Shown: positions 61,465 to 64,000 of the stretch, piece by piece
Layout: every line of letters starts with the position of its first letter
Numbering within the stretch: the first letter of the stretch is position 1
The notes under the pieces: model-generated
What the model saw: only the letters and a program-made list of their open reading frames with translations
Database searches by the model: none
What the model was told of the DNA's origin: nothing
Assembly (NCBI GenBank): GCA_964252035.1
Contig: OZ176201.1
Length of the DNA stretch: 64,000 nucleotides
Strand: one strand, 5' to 3'
DNA from: Podarcis erhardii
Lineage: Eukaryota
Position numbers and translations under genes: made by a program

Positions 61465-61995
61465 GCAGCCCAACATATAACACATTGCACTGACAACAGT
61501 TCGGAAACTTCAGCTAGCGCAGAATTCAGCGGCCAGGCTGCTTACTGAAGCAATAATAATAATAATTTATTATTTGTACCCCGCCCATCTGGCTGGGTTT
61601 CCCCAGCCACTCTGGACAGCTTCCAACAAAGATTAAAAATACATTAAAATGTCACACATTAAAAACTGTCTAGAACAGGGCTGCCTTCAGATGTCTTCTA
61701 AATTTCAGGTAGTTGTTTATCTCTTTGACATCTGATGGGAGGACGTTCCACAGGGCGGGTGCCACTATTGAGAAGGCCCTCTGCCTGGTTTCCTGTAGCA
61801 AATGGTTTGGGCATATTACACCGATCCTGGCCCAACTGCACTGGCTTCCAATCAGTTTCCGCACCCAATCCAAAGTGCTGGTTTTGACTTATAAAGCCTT
61901 AAACAGTTTAGGACCACAATACCTCAGGTCCACATCTTTCAGTATGAACTGACTTGGACTCTGCAGTCATAATCTGAGGCCCTTCTTCAGGCACC
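61465..61995 (+). mobile_element. Older L2 fragment split by a younger antisense L2
   Basis: acagttcggaaacttcagctagcgcagaattcagcggccaggctgc (TVRKLQLAQNSAARL) continues after 61797 as FGHITPILAQLHWLPISFRTQSKVLVLTYKALNSLGPQYL. Confidence 0.85.
61553..61797 (-). mobile_element. Young L2 3' end
   Basis: (AAT)n tail, 3' UTR stem-loop, and QETRQRAFSIVAPALWNVLPSDVKEINNYLKFRRHLKAALF. Confidence 0.93.
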
Positions 61996-62028
61996 TCCAA
62001 TGCGAGTGGTATACAAATTAAATTAAAT

Positions 62029-62030
<2 letters not shown>

Positions 62031-62076
<46 letters not shown>
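62031..62076. repeat. (AAT)n microsatellite, probably an L2-type tail
   Basis: About 15 AAT units, preceded by gagtggtatacaaattaaattaaattt. Confidence 0.9.
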
Positions 62077-62080
<4 letters not shown>

Positions 62081-64000
62081 TAAAAAATTGTCAGGGTAGG
62101 AATTGATCCCCATAGTTTTCTTTCACTTATAGTGCATTTCATATGTGGTGTAATGTACACTGTCATTCTTCTGGCTCTAAGAAAGGAAGGTAAAGTGCCC
62201 TACTGCTTGACATTTTAATACCCATGTTGACAAGATAACATATAAACAACCACCCTCAAGCCATACTGCAGCTGTGACTACAGATAGCAGCCTTCCATTA
62301 GAAAGCTTTGCAGGGTAAACGAATTGGGCACGGAAACTCACACAAATGCATATCGGTTATGTGACAATCTCAGATACATTGTGGTTTTTAAATACTGTTC
62401 CTGGATTTTTGTAAAGCCCTATTCTGATTTCTTAATAAGAAGATCAGTACGGTCAACAAGCTTCCCTGTAAGACACCTGGGCCATCACTACCAATCTTCC
62501 TTCACCAATGCACAGCCACAAAGTGTTGTGTCCTGCAGGATGATGGCAAGGCCAAATAGTGCTGCATGAAATGATTGTGTGAGCCCTCGCACGTATTCCA
62601 GAACCCTGGGGAATATAGTGGAGTTTCATGACTGACACTCAGAGGTTCAATGTCAGACTGGTAATGTGTAAAAGGTAGAAAGTTTGAAAACCTGTGGAAA
62701 CTCAAATTCTCAATCCTCTCATTCAGATTGCAATGAACATATATAATGGACAAAATGATATTCCTCCGCTCTTGCATCCATTTAGCCCACTTGCCACCAC
62801 CACAAAGCTGCAGTTTCTGAAATTGTTTCCTTGTTTCCAGGCTAGTTGCCATCCAGACTGCTGAACCTTTGCTGTGTTTTTTTTTTTTATTTACACATAT
62901 CCTCACTTAATCTTGTCTCTCACTGCAGTTCACTGGTTTTTCAACCTGTCCACCACTGAGACTGACCCTTTGAGGTCAGATAGAAAAAGACATCTCAGTA
63001 AATTCTTGAATGGAATGACTCTTAAAAGCCACAGTCTACTCCATCTCACAGAGGCTGATGGTGGGATACTCACCAAGCCAGATTTTACAGTGAATTAAAC
63101 CAGTGTGAGCACCCCAAGAGTGATGACTTATGAAACATTTATATGGTGGCATTTGATTTTTTTTTTTCTGTGCAGCTGAGCCTGACAAAATCATTTCCCT
63201 CAGTGCCCCTGCTTGCCTTCTGTTTCCCAACAAAACACCACGGGGGCATTGTGCTGAATGAAAAAATCCTCCCTCGATATATATTGTTTTAATAATTTTG
63301 ACAGGATTCAACATGTATTTTAATGAATTCAGGTTGAGCTGTAAATTAATTTTTAATTAGAGCAAGTCCCTTTTACTAGCAATTAAGAAGGCCTTCTCGG
63401 AGGAAGACAGAGCAGCAGCTGAGCAGGAGTTGTGGGGGAGGCATGTCGGGGAGTGAGATGGAAGAGATGAGAACCTCCCCACCATCAGCAGCCCCCAGGA
63501 GAACTAGCATTTGGCAACCTGGACACATTTGAGCTCAGTCATGGGGATTGGAAACTAAAATAAAAGGGTTCCTTGAGACTTGATATCGAGGTCTAAATGG
63601 CTATGAAATCTTGTGTTTGCTTTCCTGTCAGCCTCTTTCTCCCAGTCCAGCATGGAGCCTAGGCAAGCTGTTGGAGGCAGGACAGAGTGCTCTGCCCCTT
63701 CTCTGGCTACCCACTGCAATCATGTGCTGGTTGAGGTGAAAGAGAAGCTAACCCCCCCCCCCCCACTGCCCAGCACAGAAGCCAAGCAGAGAGAGGGGGG
63801 GGCAGGCAGAGAAGGGCTGGCTCCACCCACTTTGGGCTTTGGCTCCACCCACTGCTAATATGCACTCCTGGACACAACTACCCTCAACATAAATATAAAC
63901 CCCTGTATTAAGGGGATGGCACTTCTTGTGGAAAACAGATGAAACTCCAGGTTAGGACTGCAACCTATCTCACTAGCGTGATTTCAGTTCAGTATGAATT

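Noticed and set aside
63118-63190. Box C/D snoRNA (GTGATGA … CTGA)
   Set aside because: No terminal stem and no plausible C'/D' boxes or guide; contains a poly-T run.
1-64000. Most ORF-track entries read as genes
   Set aside because: They are short, often start at non-ATG codons and have no recognisable domain. Those with real protein motifs are CR1, L2 or L1 fragments; poly-N, poly-I, poly-T and (ER)n peptides are microsatellite translations.

Overview
Vertebrate (not prokaryotic) genomic DNA, almost certainly from a lacertid lizard: three Sauria SINEs match the Podarcis-type sequence as I recall it, alongside squamate CR1, L2, L1, tRNA-SINE, hAT/Tc1-mariner MITE and Penelope-like repeats. 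The only host coding sequence I can support is one 222-nt, phase 0-0 internal exon of TEX264 (14565-14786, + strand; middle of the GyrI-like domain). The neighbouring TEX264 exons were not found, so the window appears to be this exon plus >=14.5 kb of upstream and >=49 kb of downstream intron. Most ORF-track entries are repeat-derived or chance ORFs. I found no evidence of a new multi-gene system. The best leads are mechanistic. (1) A young CR1 sits inside an older CR1; its empty site can be rebuilt, and its 5' junction carries a perfect 16-bp fold-back palindrome consistent with snap-back priming. (2) A 119-bp Penelope-like insertion has a 13-bp TSD and a perfect 28-bp internal inverted repeat. 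(3) There are three further nested retroposon insertions. (4) The giant intron contains recursive-splice or micro-exon-like AG|GTAAG sites. (5) Inverted repeat pairs around the symmetric exon could support skipping, back-splicing or RNA editing. All family names come from recognition by eye, without database searches.
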